NCBI GenBank assembly: GCA_964016885.1
Contig: OZ024747.1
Span: 87,668,001 to 87,732,000 of the forward strand
Direction: 5' to 3'
From: Eledone cirrhosa
Taxonomy: Eukaryota
DNA length: 64,000 nucleotides
The stretch's first letter is position 1; each line of letters opens with the position of its first letter. Made by a program: the position numbers and the translations under genes. This document shows positions 25,376 to 38,290 of this stretch, in pieces. The notes under the pieces were generated by a model. That model was not told where the DNA came from. It searched no databases and saw nothing but the letters and a program-made list of their open reading frames with translations.

Positions 25376-25411
25376 TCTTCTGATGAAGGATTAGTGTCCG
25401 AAACGTTAAGA
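25376..25411 (+). ncRNA. Minimal type I hammerhead-ribozyme-like motif (Penelope-associated type)
   Basis: TCTT-CTGATGA-a-GGA ttagtg TCC-GAAAC-GTT-AAGA: both core boxes, 3-bp helix II, palindromic helix III, 4-bp helix I. Confidence 0.55.
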
Positions 25412-25497
25412 CTCTCTTCCTGCTATTTCAAGTGTTAAACTAATATATTTCTTCCATGTATTGTGCCATTAGTTTTATTATTTCTGTTATTTCTGTT

Positions 25498-25558
<61 letters not shown>

Positions 25559-25688
25559 AAAAAAATCTCGTTTTTTACAAAAACAATATAAAAAATTGGA
25601 AGGAGGTAGGTGGAGAAGTTGAAATAGCTCAAAATACAGTAATTTATTATAATAAACAGTACAAAAGGTTATGTTTCATATGCCTTTG

Positions 25689-25725
<37 letters not shown>

Positions 25726-25818
25726 GTGGTACAAGGGGAGAATATAACTCAGTCACCTAATCTCGTCCAGAATATGAAGTAAAATTGTAAAGTAACGGCT
25801 TTTCTTTAAATTTGTCCT

Positions 25819-25898
25819 TGTGTCTGACAAGAGAGGCCAGTTTTAGAACCACTATACAGTGATAGCCAGAACTGGACCCTGAAACCTAAGGTCACGCA
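25819..25898 (+). ncRNA. Degenerate type I hammerhead-like relic
   Basis: TGTGT-CTGACAA (G8 mutated)...CCAGTTTT/AGAACTGG stem...GAAAC-CTAAG-GTC-ACGCA. Confidence 0.45.
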
Positions 25899-26537
25899 TG
25901 TGTTAAGTGTATGAACTTTAATATAAACTATATACGCACACACACACACATATATATATATATACATACACACACACATATATACATATGCAAGAGAACT
26001 GAAAAGCTGTGTAGTATACTATGCATTTGTCATGGTATGGGAAGATTTGTGAAAGTGAAATTGCAAAAAGGGTACATATAGGATTATGAGGAAGAATTTG
26101 TGGTAGAAACTTCCCCGCCCCTTGTTTTAGTGATATGATGGGGGTGCAGATGAAGTGTTAGGCCCAGCACTAATATATCTACTGTATATGAGTGAAAGGT
26201 AAGAGGATGGGGAGTAGGTGTGAGGGTAAGGCAGTGTAGTAGATTCAAGCTGATGTTTGGGAAGCATCTGTTTTACATCATTTTTACAAACACACACACA
26301 CAGACATGTAATAGCCATGCCGTACTATTACTACTAACATTATACTATTACATCTATACCTATTGCTACTACAAGGACCAATAATATTATAGCATTATAT
26401 TGCTAATAAAATTGTAATCATTACATACAAAATCTACTTCAGGCCAACACCCCTAACTATTCATTACCAACTTTCACCATCAGTAGTTATATAATCTCCA
26501 TCATTACTACTACTACTACTACTACTACTACTATTAC

Positions 26538-26564
<27 letters not shown>

Positions 26565-26569
<5 letters not shown>

Positions 26570-26735
26570 GTTTCTTATATAGGCACAAGGCCAGTAATTT
26601 GGGGGGAGGGGAAAGTTGATTAAATCGACCCCAGTGCGTGACTGGTACTTTATTTTATCGACCCCATAAGGATGAAAGGCAAAGTTAACCTCAGCGGGAT
26701 TTGAACTCAGAATGTAAAAGGCCATAACTCTAATA
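26565..26735 (-). mobile_element. SINE (main family, long variant) with (AAT)n tail
   Basis: Body match plus ggggaggggaaagttgattaaatcgacccc insert; adjoins a (taa)n/(tac)n run. Confidence 0.8.
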
Positions 26736-26863
26736 CTGATTATGAGGCTATAACAACTATTGTTGTACTAAGACCATTACTATTATCTACATTGTTACTA
26801 CCACTAATAGCCTCACTAACTCCAACAACTACATTATTTCAACTCAACTTTACAATAAAGTCT

Positions 26864-27957
26864 ACCAACATGATGCATGATGAAGTAAAGGTTGGCACCA
26901 GGAAGAGCATCCAACCATAGAACAGTCTCAAAAAAGGTTTCATTGAACCCATACAAACATGATGCATGATGAAGTAAAGGTTGGCACCAGGAAGAGCATC
27001 CAACCATAGAACACAGTCTCAAAATAGGTTTTATTGAACCCATACCAACATGATGCATGATGAAGTAAAGGTTGGCACCAGGAAGAGCATCCAACCATAG
27101 AACACAGTCTCAAAATAGGTTTTATTGAACCCATAACCAACATGATGCATGATGAAGTAAAGGTTGGCACCAGGAAGAGCATCCAACCATAGAACACAGT
27201 CTCAAAATAGGTTTTATTGAACCCATACCAACATGATGCATGATGAAGTAAAGGTTGGCACCAGGAAGAGCATCCAACCATAGAACACAGTCTCAAAATA
27301 GGTTTTATTGAACCCATACCAACATGATGCATGATGAAGTTATGGTTGGCACCAGGAAGAGCATCCAACCATAGAACACAGTCTCAAAATAGGTTTTATT
27401 GAACCCATAACCAACATGATGCATGATGAAGTTATGGTTGGCACCAGGAAGAGCATCCAACCATAGAACACAGTCTCAAAATAGGTTTTATTGAACCCAT
27501 ACCAACATGATGCATGATGAAGTAAAGGTTGGCACCAGGAAGAGCATCCAACCATAGAACACAGTCTCAAAATAGGTTTTATTGAACCCATAACCAACAT
27601 GAAGCATGATGAAGTAAAGGTTGGCACCAGGAAGAGCATCCAACCATAGAACACAGTCTCAAAATAGGTTTTATTGAACCCATACCAACATGATGCATGA
27701 TGAAGTAAAGGTTGGCACCAGGAAGAGCATCCAACCATAGAACACAGTCTCAAAATAGGTTTTATTGAACCCATACCAACATGATGCATGATGAAGTTAT
27801 GGTTGGCACCAGGAAGAGCATCCAACCATAGAACACAGTCTCAAAATAGGTTTTATTGAACCCATACCAACATGATGCATGATGAAGTTATGGTTGGCAC
27901 CAGGAAGAGCATCCAACCATAGAACACAGTCTCAAAATAGGTTTTATTGAACCCATA
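26864..27957. repeat. 91-92 bp tandem repeat, about 12 copies, derived from an RTE-like 3' end
   Basis: Unit accaacatgatgcatgatgaagt(aaa/tat)ggttggcaccaggaagagcatccaaccatagaacacagtctcaaaataggttttattgaacccat. Confidence 0.95.
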
Positions 27958-28034
27958 ATCAACAATGTTGATGATTGTGCACATGTGCACACACAGAGTT
28001 AGGTAGCTTTAGCTAACACTTTCTGCTGTGTATG

Positions 28035-28037
28035 AAC

Positions 28038-28111
<74 letters not shown>

Positions 28112-28168
28112 ATATATATATGTGTGTGTGTGTATATATATATATATATGTGTGTATATATATATATA

Positions 28169-28209
<41 letters not shown>

Positions 28210-28246
28210 GTGTATATATATATATTTATATATGTGTATATATTTA

Positions 28247-28318
<72 letters not shown>

Positions 28319-28342
28319 TACAGGCATATATATACATATACA
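28035..28342. repeat. (TA)n/(TG)n compound microsatellite
   Basis: Direct observation. Confidence 0.95.
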
Positions 28343-28869
28343 TCTTCCACACTTAAGTACCATACACATGCAACCTAAACACAACATACCAAATCTACAC
28401 TGACTCTATGAACAGAGATCTTGAAAACATTCTCTGATGGGATCATGGTAATTTTGTCTTCTTTAACAGCAAAATGATACAATCACTACACATAACATGA
28501 ATATATTATCACACCCAAACCTCATAAACATGAGCACAATGCAACTAGAATTCTCAAAGCCCCACTGGAGGTCTTTCTTAGTTAATGCATATCCTCAACA
28601 TGAATAAAACTGCATCACAAAAACTGCCTTTCCTCCTCAGAGACAAAAAATACTTCAGCCCCTAACAACTACTAACTCCCTGTAATGATCAAGTTAGTGT
28701 TACTATAAAGTACTACTCCCACATCTGGGATAGCAGTGCTGCTCAAACAGTTTAGGCTGCATTCAAAGAAAGGTAACTTTTAATTTCTTGATTTTCATTT
28801 CTATTTTTTTTTTTTAATTGTTAGGTATAGAGAATGGGACAGTTTCCATGGCCTTCACTGGTTTCCCCC

Positions 28870-29065
28870 TCCCCCAAGACAACATAGATCAATGTCATTG
28901 ATATTCTGTTGAAATTGTTGGAGGTTCACTCTTTTGAGAAAGATATGAACTGTGAGGGACTTCTTGAAGGCCAGTGTTCTGAGCAAGAGTGGGTTAGTGT
29001 TGGACATAAGATGGGTGGTTAGAGCAAGTGAAATGAGTAAGTTGAGAATGAGTGCCTGAAAAAAA
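28870..29065 (-). mobile_element. Possible ancient CR1/L2-type LINE 3' fragment
   Basis: Minus-strand end translates to ..IF.KRVNLQQFQQNINDIDL, reminiscent of CR1-type C-termini; heavily decayed. Confidence 0.3.
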
Positions 29066-29644
29066 ATGGTAGAAATAATGATGTTGATGGTAGTGGAGGC
29101 ATTCTTTATGGTCACAGAGGAAAATGATGAAGTGGTGAGAATGTTAAATTTGATAACATTTCTGATAGTGAATGATAATGTTAATGTAAGAGTAATAGCA
29201 TTTATGAATAGTAAAAGTGATGCTGATTACATGAAGAAAAACTACAAGTAGTAAAGAAGTTAGTCTGAATATCTGACCTGCGTGTCTAAGGTCTCTTATC
29301 TAACAAACTTTTCTTTAGAGATAAACGTCAACATCTTCTGATGATGCCTCTTTTACAAAATGACAGATAGAAGATATCTTTTCTGTAATCACATACTCAT
29401 CACAGTAATCTTATATTTTTTTACTGCTTTTAATTATTGTTCAGTAGCCATGCTGAGGCGGTGTTCAAGGATTAGGTCAATCATTTAAACCCCAGCGCTT
29501 AGTTTAGTTTGGTCCTTAATTTATCAATTTATATTGTATTCAACTGTTAAGTTATGATTTTCATCATCATCTTACTATACAACAACATGTTTCTTAAACA
29601 TATTTTCTGTCCAATTGCTTTCCCCCATCTAATAATCTTCATAT

Positions 29645-29846
29645 TTAACCCTTTTGTTACCATATTTGGAATAAAAGACATTGCCTATGATTTTCAAGAA
29701 TTTTTATTTAATACTTGATTTAATACTTTAAAGCTAGTGTTTGGAACATAACCAAGGTTTTTAGATAAATATAAACATTTCAAAATATACAATTTTGCAT
29801 CATAGAACCAAGAGGAGTTTCAGGCAGTTTGGTATTAAAAAGTTCA
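29645..29846. mobile_element. TTAA-type MITE, family B
   Basis: ttaacccttttgttaccatattt start and aagctagtgtttggaacata body shared with other copies. Confidence 0.6.
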
Positions 29847-29999
29847 ATAAAGTGGGGCCAACAAAATCCAATAAAACCTTAACAAAAAGCAACTTGCTTC
29901 CTTGATCTATCAAATGTTCTTGATATATCAATTGTTCTATTCTTGTGACCTTTAACCTCTTTATGTTATTTCGTTTACCTTACATGCTTCATTATTAGA

Positions 30000-30192
30000 T
30001 GGTGGTGGATTGGCAATATTGGTAGAGGATTAGACTTCATGCTGCAAAGCATGGCGTTACGCCCCTTTACGGTCTGAATTCAAATCCCGCCGAGGTTAAC
30101 TTTGCCTTTCATCTTTATGGGGTCAATAAAATAAAGCACCAGTAATGCACTGGGATAATTGCTGGCCTTGTGCCAAAAGTAGTAAAAATTAT
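30000..30192 (+). mobile_element. tRNA-derived SINE (main family)
   Basis: Full match; flanked by repeated attattagatg. Confidence 0.88.
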
Positions 30193-31706
30193 TAGATGAC
30201 CCTGAACACAGAGTAACTTCCCTTTACTGTCACAGTTTTCAAAATTAAATATATGTATTTTGCACAAGAGACTTTATAAGCACTTGATTATAAAAGGTGG
30301 ACAATTTTCAAAATGAACCCTTGCCCCTAAATGTTAGTGTATACAGTATATAATCTATTTATTTATTCATATGTTTCTGAGTCACTCTGATCAATAAGAT
30401 CAAAGCTTATCTAGGTTAGTAAAGTGAGAAATAGTTGAGTTATGCTTCATTGGTTCTGTATTCCAGGAGTCATCACTCTTAGTATTGACATCAAAGCTGT
30501 TAACTACCAACCAATACAATAAGAAACCATTTAGTTGGTATACTCACTATTTTATTCTTCTTGTAGATGATATGAAAAGCTAAGGAAATTTAACTCTCTC
30601 TCTCTGTAGTTAAATGTCTATATATATGTATTGTGTATTTATATGTGAGTGTACATGGGTATATATGTGTATGTATGCAGTTGAATGTATTTAACTTACT
30701 GTACAATAATTATTGTGATCCTAAAAATAATCCTTTCACTTCTGTTAATACACCTTTATTAGGCTGTTAATTTCTTAATAACTAGTAATTCTCCTAGTGA
30801 TCGATACTTTATTACTGAATTAAGCTTACATAATTTTATACTATTTTTCTTAATATATTCTATTAATGTTATGCTTGAAATTGTTGTTTCTTCAATTAAT
30901 AAGTATGATTAAATTTATGAGCTTTGGTTGTGTTTCTACAATGTTATTGTAGAGTCTAATATACTTGCATTAAATTTTAGAAGTCAAGTAAATATTGGTT
31001 AGTTATAGCACGTTATATTTTATCACTAATAAATTTTAATTTGTACGTTTAGTCTTCCATAAAGTTTTAATGTCTTACCAACTGTATTTTAAATTTGTTT
31101 ACACCATCGAAATGGAGATGTCTGATATCAAAGATAAATGTTATTTATATTGTTAAATGGATTCTGAAGAAATCAGTACAGAGGAGAATGATGGCACATC
31201 TTTCTGTATTGATAGAAACATTCAAAAATCAATTAAATAATTTGATGTAATTTAATCCTGGTTATTTTACTCTTTTATATATGCTCTGTGATATTGTAAA
31301 ACTACTGTGGCTGGAAAATAACTGATTGGATTAAACTTTGAACTGTCATTTACCTAACTTGCTGTGGACTATAAAAACACATTTGAGCTTTGAATTATTC
31401 TTTGCCTTAGGTGGTTGTGTTATCTAAACTATTATTTGTTTATTGTCAAAGAGCTTTGACAATAAACAAATAAACAACCATCCAGTTATTAAACTAACCA
31501 ACTGGAAGTTTATAATGAATTGGAGTGAAAACCAACAGGTGTATGAGTTTTTATTGACAGCATGACCCTCCCATAGTATAACAATATCTGTTTGAACACA
31601 TGTTTTCAGATAAGAAATCTCGCAAAACAAATACAAGAACAATATATATATATATATATATTATAATGCACCAGAGTACTCAATACTTAGGGTAGTAGAG
31701 TGGGTA

Positions 31707-31824
31707 ATAGGAAAAAGTTTAACCCCAACGGCAGAGCTCAAGCCGTTTCGACGGCTATTTCTGGACTCCAGAAATAGCCGTCGAAACGGTTTCAGCTCTG
31801 CCGTCGGGGTTAAACTTTTTCCTA

Positions 31825-31825
<1 letters not shown>
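31707..31825. repeat. Near-perfect palindrome (59-bp arms, 1-nt centre)
   Basis: Arms 31707-31765 and 31767-31825 are reverse complements with 3 mismatches; lies between (TA)n tracts. Confidence 0.95.
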
Positions 31826-31869
<44 letters not shown>

Positions 31870-31963
31870 TATATATATATATATACACACACATATATAT
31901 ATATATATATACACACATACACATATATATTTACACACATACACATATATATATTTACACACA

Positions 31964-32027
<64 letters not shown>

Positions 32028-32029
32028 TC

Positions 32030-33460
32030 ACCATCATCATCATCATCATTTAAAGTTTATGTTCCATGCTAGCATGGGTTAGACGGGTTGTTCCATTTGA
32101 GGCAAGTCATTTCAGGTGACCGTGTCATACTCATACAGAACTGCTTCTGGCTTGGAATCTACAGTTGGATGCCCTTTCTAATGCCAACCACATTTACAGT
32201 GTATGCTGGGAGCTTATTGTTGTGACACCTACATGACCACTTTACAATGTAAGCTGGGTGCTTTTTGTTGTGACACCTACATGACCACTTTACAATGTAT
32301 GCTGGGAGCTTATTGTTGTGACACCTATATGACCACTTTACAATGTAAGCTGGGTGCTTTTTGTTGTGACACCTACATGACCACTTTACAATGTAGGCTG
32401 GGTGCTTTTTGTTGTGGCAACAAAACGACCACTTTACGGTGTGTACTGGCAATTAGGGCAGGGGGTGTAAAGGCATGGGGTGATCAGGATGTGGGTGGAG
32501 TGTTAGCACATTGGAGGTGTATGGAGAGGGGAAAGAAGTTAAGTGGTGCACACTAGATGTATGCTTCAATCCATGTGCATTGGAAAGTGGGTCTTCTATG
32601 TTACTGCATAACGCCAAAGATCTCAATCCTTTGAGAGGTGCAATGGTGCAAGGTCAGTTTTTATCACCTCATTCCAGGCCTTCCTAGGTCTTCCTACTCC
32701 ATAGCTTCTATCAACTTTGATCATCCTACACCTTTTTATATAGCTGTCATCCTTCATAAATGGCCATACCAATGCAATCTCTTCTCTTGCATACTACATC
32801 TGATCCCTCTTATGTCCAATTTCACTCTTAGTTCATTTAGCACCCATGTCTCACTACCATGCAACATTGCTGTTTGTATACATGCATCATACAATTTATC
32901 CTCCATTTTGTAACTAGCAGCAGTAGTAGTTCCTTGAACTTTTTCCATCCCATTCTTACTTGGCTACTGAACTTTCGTAATACCCAACTCCTTTCCTGCA
33001 TAGTGGGCAAGGCCATTTTCCTGAGGAAATCTGGGCCCTGTTTTCTTTTCTACATATTAGGACTTTAGTCTTTGACAAGTTAACTTTAAGATCTTTTGAT
33101 TCTAGGCCATGCTTCCAGGTTTGGAATTTCTTCTCTAATTCTGCTATAGATTCAGCTATGATGGTTAGATCATCTTCATAGAGAATGGGCAGCCAGCCTC
33201 AAACTCTTCTGTTATAGCCTGTAGAGTGATAATAAACAGGAGAGAGCCTACCTGCACACTAAATTCCTCACTATAGACATTGTTAATTCTAACCTTGATG
33301 ACTGTTCCTCTATACATAGCTTGTACTGCCCTGAAAAGCCACTCATCTACTTTCAGTTTTCTAAGAGTCCACCAGATAATGTCAAAGGCTTTCTCCAGGT
33401 AAACAAAAGCTAAGTAGAGGGGTTTACTCTTAGCTAGGTATTTCTTCTACAGTTGCCTAT
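32030..33460 (-). mobile_element. Decayed, internally deleted RTE family-1 copy (RT region to tail)
   Basis: Minus strand gives QLQKKYLAKSKPLYLAFV.LEKAFD, GKWPCPLCRKGVG, LYDACIQTAMLHGSETW, RLHWYGH; 3'UTR with about 5 repeats and (GAT)n tail. Confidence 0.9.
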
Positions 33461-35574
33461 TTACATGTATATATGGAGAGAGAGAATGTGGTACATACAT
33501 GTTTACATAGATTGAAGGAGAAGGGTGATTGATGCACAGGTACACAAACAAGGGGAGGGATCAGTGTGTGAGAAAAAACAAAAGAAAAAGGAAGGAAAGA
33601 TTTAAATTAGGCTGTTTTAGTGTTCACACATCCACAAATACGTAAACACAAACACACAAACACACACACATGGTCACATACTAAGAAGAACAGCAGACAT
33701 GCCAAATTTAAGACAGAACAGCTGTATCAAGTTCTAACATACACACATACAGAAACACAGACAGACACACACACACACACACAAAGTAAGACATTTGCAT
33801 ACACACAAACATGAGCTCAGAGAGAGAGGGAGAGAGAGAGAGGATTGGATCAATGACTCATTTCTACTGCCAACTGTAAGCATAAAAGCATTCAGAAAGT
33901 ACTACTGATAGCTTCAACACATTGTCAGAGTCCCACCCCCTCTGCCAGCTGTTGCAATGTGTCATAGGGGGAAACTAGGGAGTGCTGTAAAGAGCTGTAA
34001 CCTAGCTATATTGCTATTCCTTGTCTCTCCAATTGGCTACCAGACTGAACTAACTTGTTATATACTTAATCAAAATGAATTAAACATCTTCCTTTTTCTC
34101 TCACTATCTCTCACACACACACACACTTCATAGATACATTGATGTACACACACACCTTTTATTTGTTTCTAAAAGAAAAAGTCATGTTGACAGTGATAGG
34201 ATATGGTTAAATTGACTTCAGTATTAAGATACTGATATTTATTGGAAAAAATTCAAGATCGGATAAAGGAAACTAAGTCGCCATTGGTCTTTTCATTGCT
34301 GATACTATCTGTTAGTTGCAACTTCTGGCAAAAGGAGGTTGGATTTGAACTCAGAAGACACAGTGTCCCATCAGGTACCACAAAACATCGTGTCTAGCTC
34401 TTTAACAATTCCACATATTCCTTGCCCCTGGACTGGGTGAACTTTAAATGCAAAGAGCTGGAATAAATCCAATGTCCTATCAACTTTGCCAATTCACAAC
34501 TTATTTATTGAGCAAGATAAAACAATTAATAATATATGTGAAAATGGAGCTGATGACACAATAATACAGTAGTATTTTATCAGAGCTGTATAAGGTGGAC
34601 ATATCAGCTGGCATACTAGTAACTTCCAATCATGAATGATAACTAGAGTTATACAGGCCACTTCTGATATCATAGACTTATAGTATACAGAGAAGACTAA
34701 TAGCCTTTATAAAAGATCATCTCATTTAAGTTCCATGTACAGAAAGAATAGAAAAGTGTAATCTGAAAAGAAGGAAGGTTGAAAAGCCTAATTGAATATG
34801 TAAAATGAAATTAACCAAGCTTACTGAATGGACTTTGGAGAGGAAGAGGAATAATATTTCTAATTTAAGCTCAAGGCTAGCATTTTGTAAGGATGTGAAA
34901 ATCAATAAAATCAATCCCAGTTCTTGAATGATACTTTATTTTATCGACTCCAGAGGGATAAATTGACCTTAACTAAATTTTAACTCAAAATGTAAAGAGT
35001 CAGAACAAAGTATTTTGTTCAATGCTGTAACAATTCTGCTATTCCACCAAGCAAGAATAACCCAGATGTTAATATGAGAAGCCCTGAAATGATATCAAAG
35101 GGTTTAGAATCCAGCAAGCAGGCAGCTTGTGTAATGCTAGATAGAAGTATGAGAAATTACAGTGACAGCTTGTGGGGATCATAGGATGTCTAACAACACA
35201 GTACTGAGAAAAATTCACATCAATGTAATAAATAAAGGGAACAGGTAGGATTCAACTGAGGGATTTGGAGGACTTGTTGAGAAATATGCAGAGGAGAAGA
35301 TGGAAAGGAACATACTAGTACCCCATCCCATTCATCAACATCATCAACAGTATCATACTTGGATTTAATTTGGCTGTAGAAATGAGTTGTGTTGTTACTG
35401 GTACTAAGCTGTATTGACTATTGCTTTCCCTTGGACAACATCAGTGGTGTGAAGAGGGGAGACTAGTATGCATGGGTAACTGCTGGTCTTCCACAAACAA
35501 CCTTCACCAGACTTGTTCCTCAGAGGGAAACTTTCTAGGTATAAATCCCATAGCCATGCAAAAATAAATAAAAT

Positions 35575-35760
35575 AATTGTTTCTACTTTAAGCACAAGGC
35601 CAGCAATTACCCCAGTGCGTTACTGGTGTTTTATTTTATCGACCCCATAAGGATGAAAGGCAAAGCTAACATCGGTGGGATTTGAACTCAGAAGGTAAAG
35701 GGCCATAACTCTATACTGCTAAGCATGGTATATGATGCTTTTCCAATATTGCCAATCCAC
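35575..35760 (-). mobile_element. tRNA-derived SINE (main family, older)
   Basis: Reverse-complement match. Confidence 0.8.
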
Positions 35761-36304
35761 TTAAAAATAAATAAAATAATAATAACAATAATCTGATGTT
35801 CAGTGAAATAAGGTGTCTTTTAATAAAAATTTCCTATGAATTTTTTTTTCTTTTTATTTTTCTATCTAAAATAATTTTTCGTTTCATTTAATGTCTTATG
35901 AAAATGAAGGTGGTGATGATTTTCTCTAAAATATAGGTAGAAATTCAGACAAAACGAATTTGAGAACAACTGTACTAAATTATTGCAAGTATATCTTTCT
36001 GCAATAGGAAGTGAACTTTACCATACTATAGTACTTTTTACATTTAACTGAGATTGATAACCAAATGTCTTGACCATAGACTCAATACACTGCTGCTGTC
36101 AAAATACAAACCACAGTTATCTTGTCTAGTTCTCTTGTCACCTCTTGAGACTAATATTCTGGAAGGTGTATGTTTAGTAAGTTATAAATTTACAGTGGAA
36201 ATCTCATAAGCACCTTCTCATTATAGAGTGTTGCCTGTTCACTTATCATTAAACTTTAGTGTTGGACCGTATTAGGATGAATTCATTTGAGTTCACAGTT
36301 GCTA

Positions 36305-36710
36305 GAATAAGGAGAGGATGGCTGTGACTGCAGAAGACTGTAGACTGGAGAGAAATGAAGCAACTGTGCTTTGTTGGATGTGCAATGTAAATATGAGATG
36401 AATGCAGAATTTTATTGAACTAAAAAAGAAACTGGGTTCAAGAAGAATCTGAAATGGTGTGCAAGAGAAAAGACTGCATTGGTAAGGATCATTGGGTGAA
36501 GAAGGGCCAGGAAATCCCAGTGGAGGGAAGCTGCAGTAGAGGTAGACCAAGGAGGACCTGGGCAGAAGTGATGAGAGCTGATCTCAAATCGCTGAGACTC
36601 ACAGAGATGAAGGAATGCAGCAAGTGGAGAGATGTGCAGAAAAGGACCAATCCAACCCATACAAGCATTGAAAAATGGATGTAAAAATGATGATGATGAT
36701 GATGATGATG
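36305..36710 (+). mobile_element. Decayed RTE 3' fragment
   Basis: RLERNEA..LCWMCN...VEGSCSRGRPRRTWAEVMRADL and (GAT)n tail. Confidence 0.85.
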
Positions 36711-37896
36711 AGAAACTGTGTGGAAGTCTTGTGTGTATGTGTGTGTGTGTGTTTATGTTCCATAACTTAATGGTTTGGTAAAACATAGGTAAAATAAGTG
36801 CCAGGATTGATATGATTAACTAAATCATTTCTAGAATAGACACAACTGAAACAAGTAAAAAAAATAAATCCTATACAGATTACAGGCTTTCTTGAACACA
36901 CACACACACACACACAAACACACACACGTTAAATGAATTATTATTCCTAAAGCAAGTACCTGCTTTTACAAAATTAAAATTATAACATAGAAGCTGACAT
37001 GCTCCACTTCAGTAGATAAACTATTATGAATACACATTTACAGTATGCAAGACTTTGGCATCAAGGTTAAAGCAAGCTAGCCACACAATCTGACATTAAT
37101 TTTCAAACTGATTATTTGTCGTGACCCCAGTAACATTCTTTTGAAAGCCTGTGGCAAGTAATTGGTTAGTCTGCACTAGTCTTATTGTTCATTTCCGCAT
37201 TCAGTGTACAAAATTAAATAAGTAGAGACCCCACTTCACCAAAATGGAAAGAGAGAGAAAAAAAAGTAAAGCTAAAGACGTTTACTGAGCTCTTTTCAAT
37301 TGGGATTAATTATAGAGGGAAGAGAGATTAAAATGAATATATTTATAGAAGTACTCTTGAGCCTCGAATAATCGTCCCCACCTTGCTTATTAATTTTTCA
37401 GATTTTTTCCATTGCCCCTCCGCCACCAACTACTTATCAAATTTTCCTAATGCATCTCTGGCAAAATTTTATTTTAAATGGAAGCATTCCTGCAATAATT
37501 AATTTTCTTTAAATATTAAAAAACATTATACATAACAAAAAAAGAACATTACAAGAAATCTCATATGTTATAAAATAAATTGGATGGGTTGGGGTTTCAA
37601 TATGTAAACTAAACGACTAATTCTGGTTCTTGAAAAATCAAGGGAGTAGAAAAGTTAGATTTAAATATTTTCAAAATTTCATAGTGATACTTTTTCTTGG
37701 AGATCATCCAAAAAGAAACATTTTGATACCTCATTTGTGAAATTTGGATGAATAGTTTAGGAAATATGACAATTTGAATGGTCAGCAAATTGGTCGAAAT
37801 CTGGATTAATTAGGCCTAAATGAATAATTAGCCATATTTGTGATGTCATATCTTTGAAACCAAGGTGATAATCATCTTCAAATTACACAAATTAAT

Positions 37897-38087
37897 AATT
37901 GTTTCTACTTTTGGCACAAGGCCAGCAATTATCTCAGTGTATTACTGGTACTTTATTTTATCGACCCCGTAAGGATGAAAGGCAAAGTTAACCTCGGCGG
38001 GATTTGAACTCAGACCATAAAGGGTCGTAACTCTTTGCTGCAAAGCATGGCGTCCGACCCTCTACTGATACTGCCAATTCATCGCCC
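37897..38087 (-). mobile_element. tRNA-derived SINE inserted at the tail of another SINE
   Basis: Flanked by TSD tacacaaattaat (37884-37896 / 38088-38100). Confidence 0.9.
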
Positions 38088-38100
38088 TACACAAATTAAT

Positions 38101-38290
38101 AATTGTTTCTACTTTAGGCACAAGGCCAGCAATTATACCAGTACATTACTGGTACTTTATTTTATCGACCCCATAAGGATGAAAGGCAAAGTTAACCTCG
38201 GCGGGATTTGAACTCAGATCGTAAAGGGTCGTAACTATGCTAGAAAGCATGGCGTCCACCCCTCTACCGATACTGCCAATTCACCGCCCT
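38101..38290 (-). mobile_element. tRNA-derived SINE (main family)
   Basis: Full reverse-complement match. Confidence 0.9.

Noticed and set aside
26834-27957. Repeat array resembling CRISPR, and its repetitive ORFs
   Set aside because: Units are contiguous and near-identical with no unique spacers and no cas genes; eukaryotic context
27999-28403. YI-repeat ORFs (also 25435-25782 and 31661-32049)
   Set aside because: (TA)n microsatellite translations
32195-32445. 48-bp repeats as a possible CRISPR array
   Set aside because: No spacers; they are the RTE 3'UTR units
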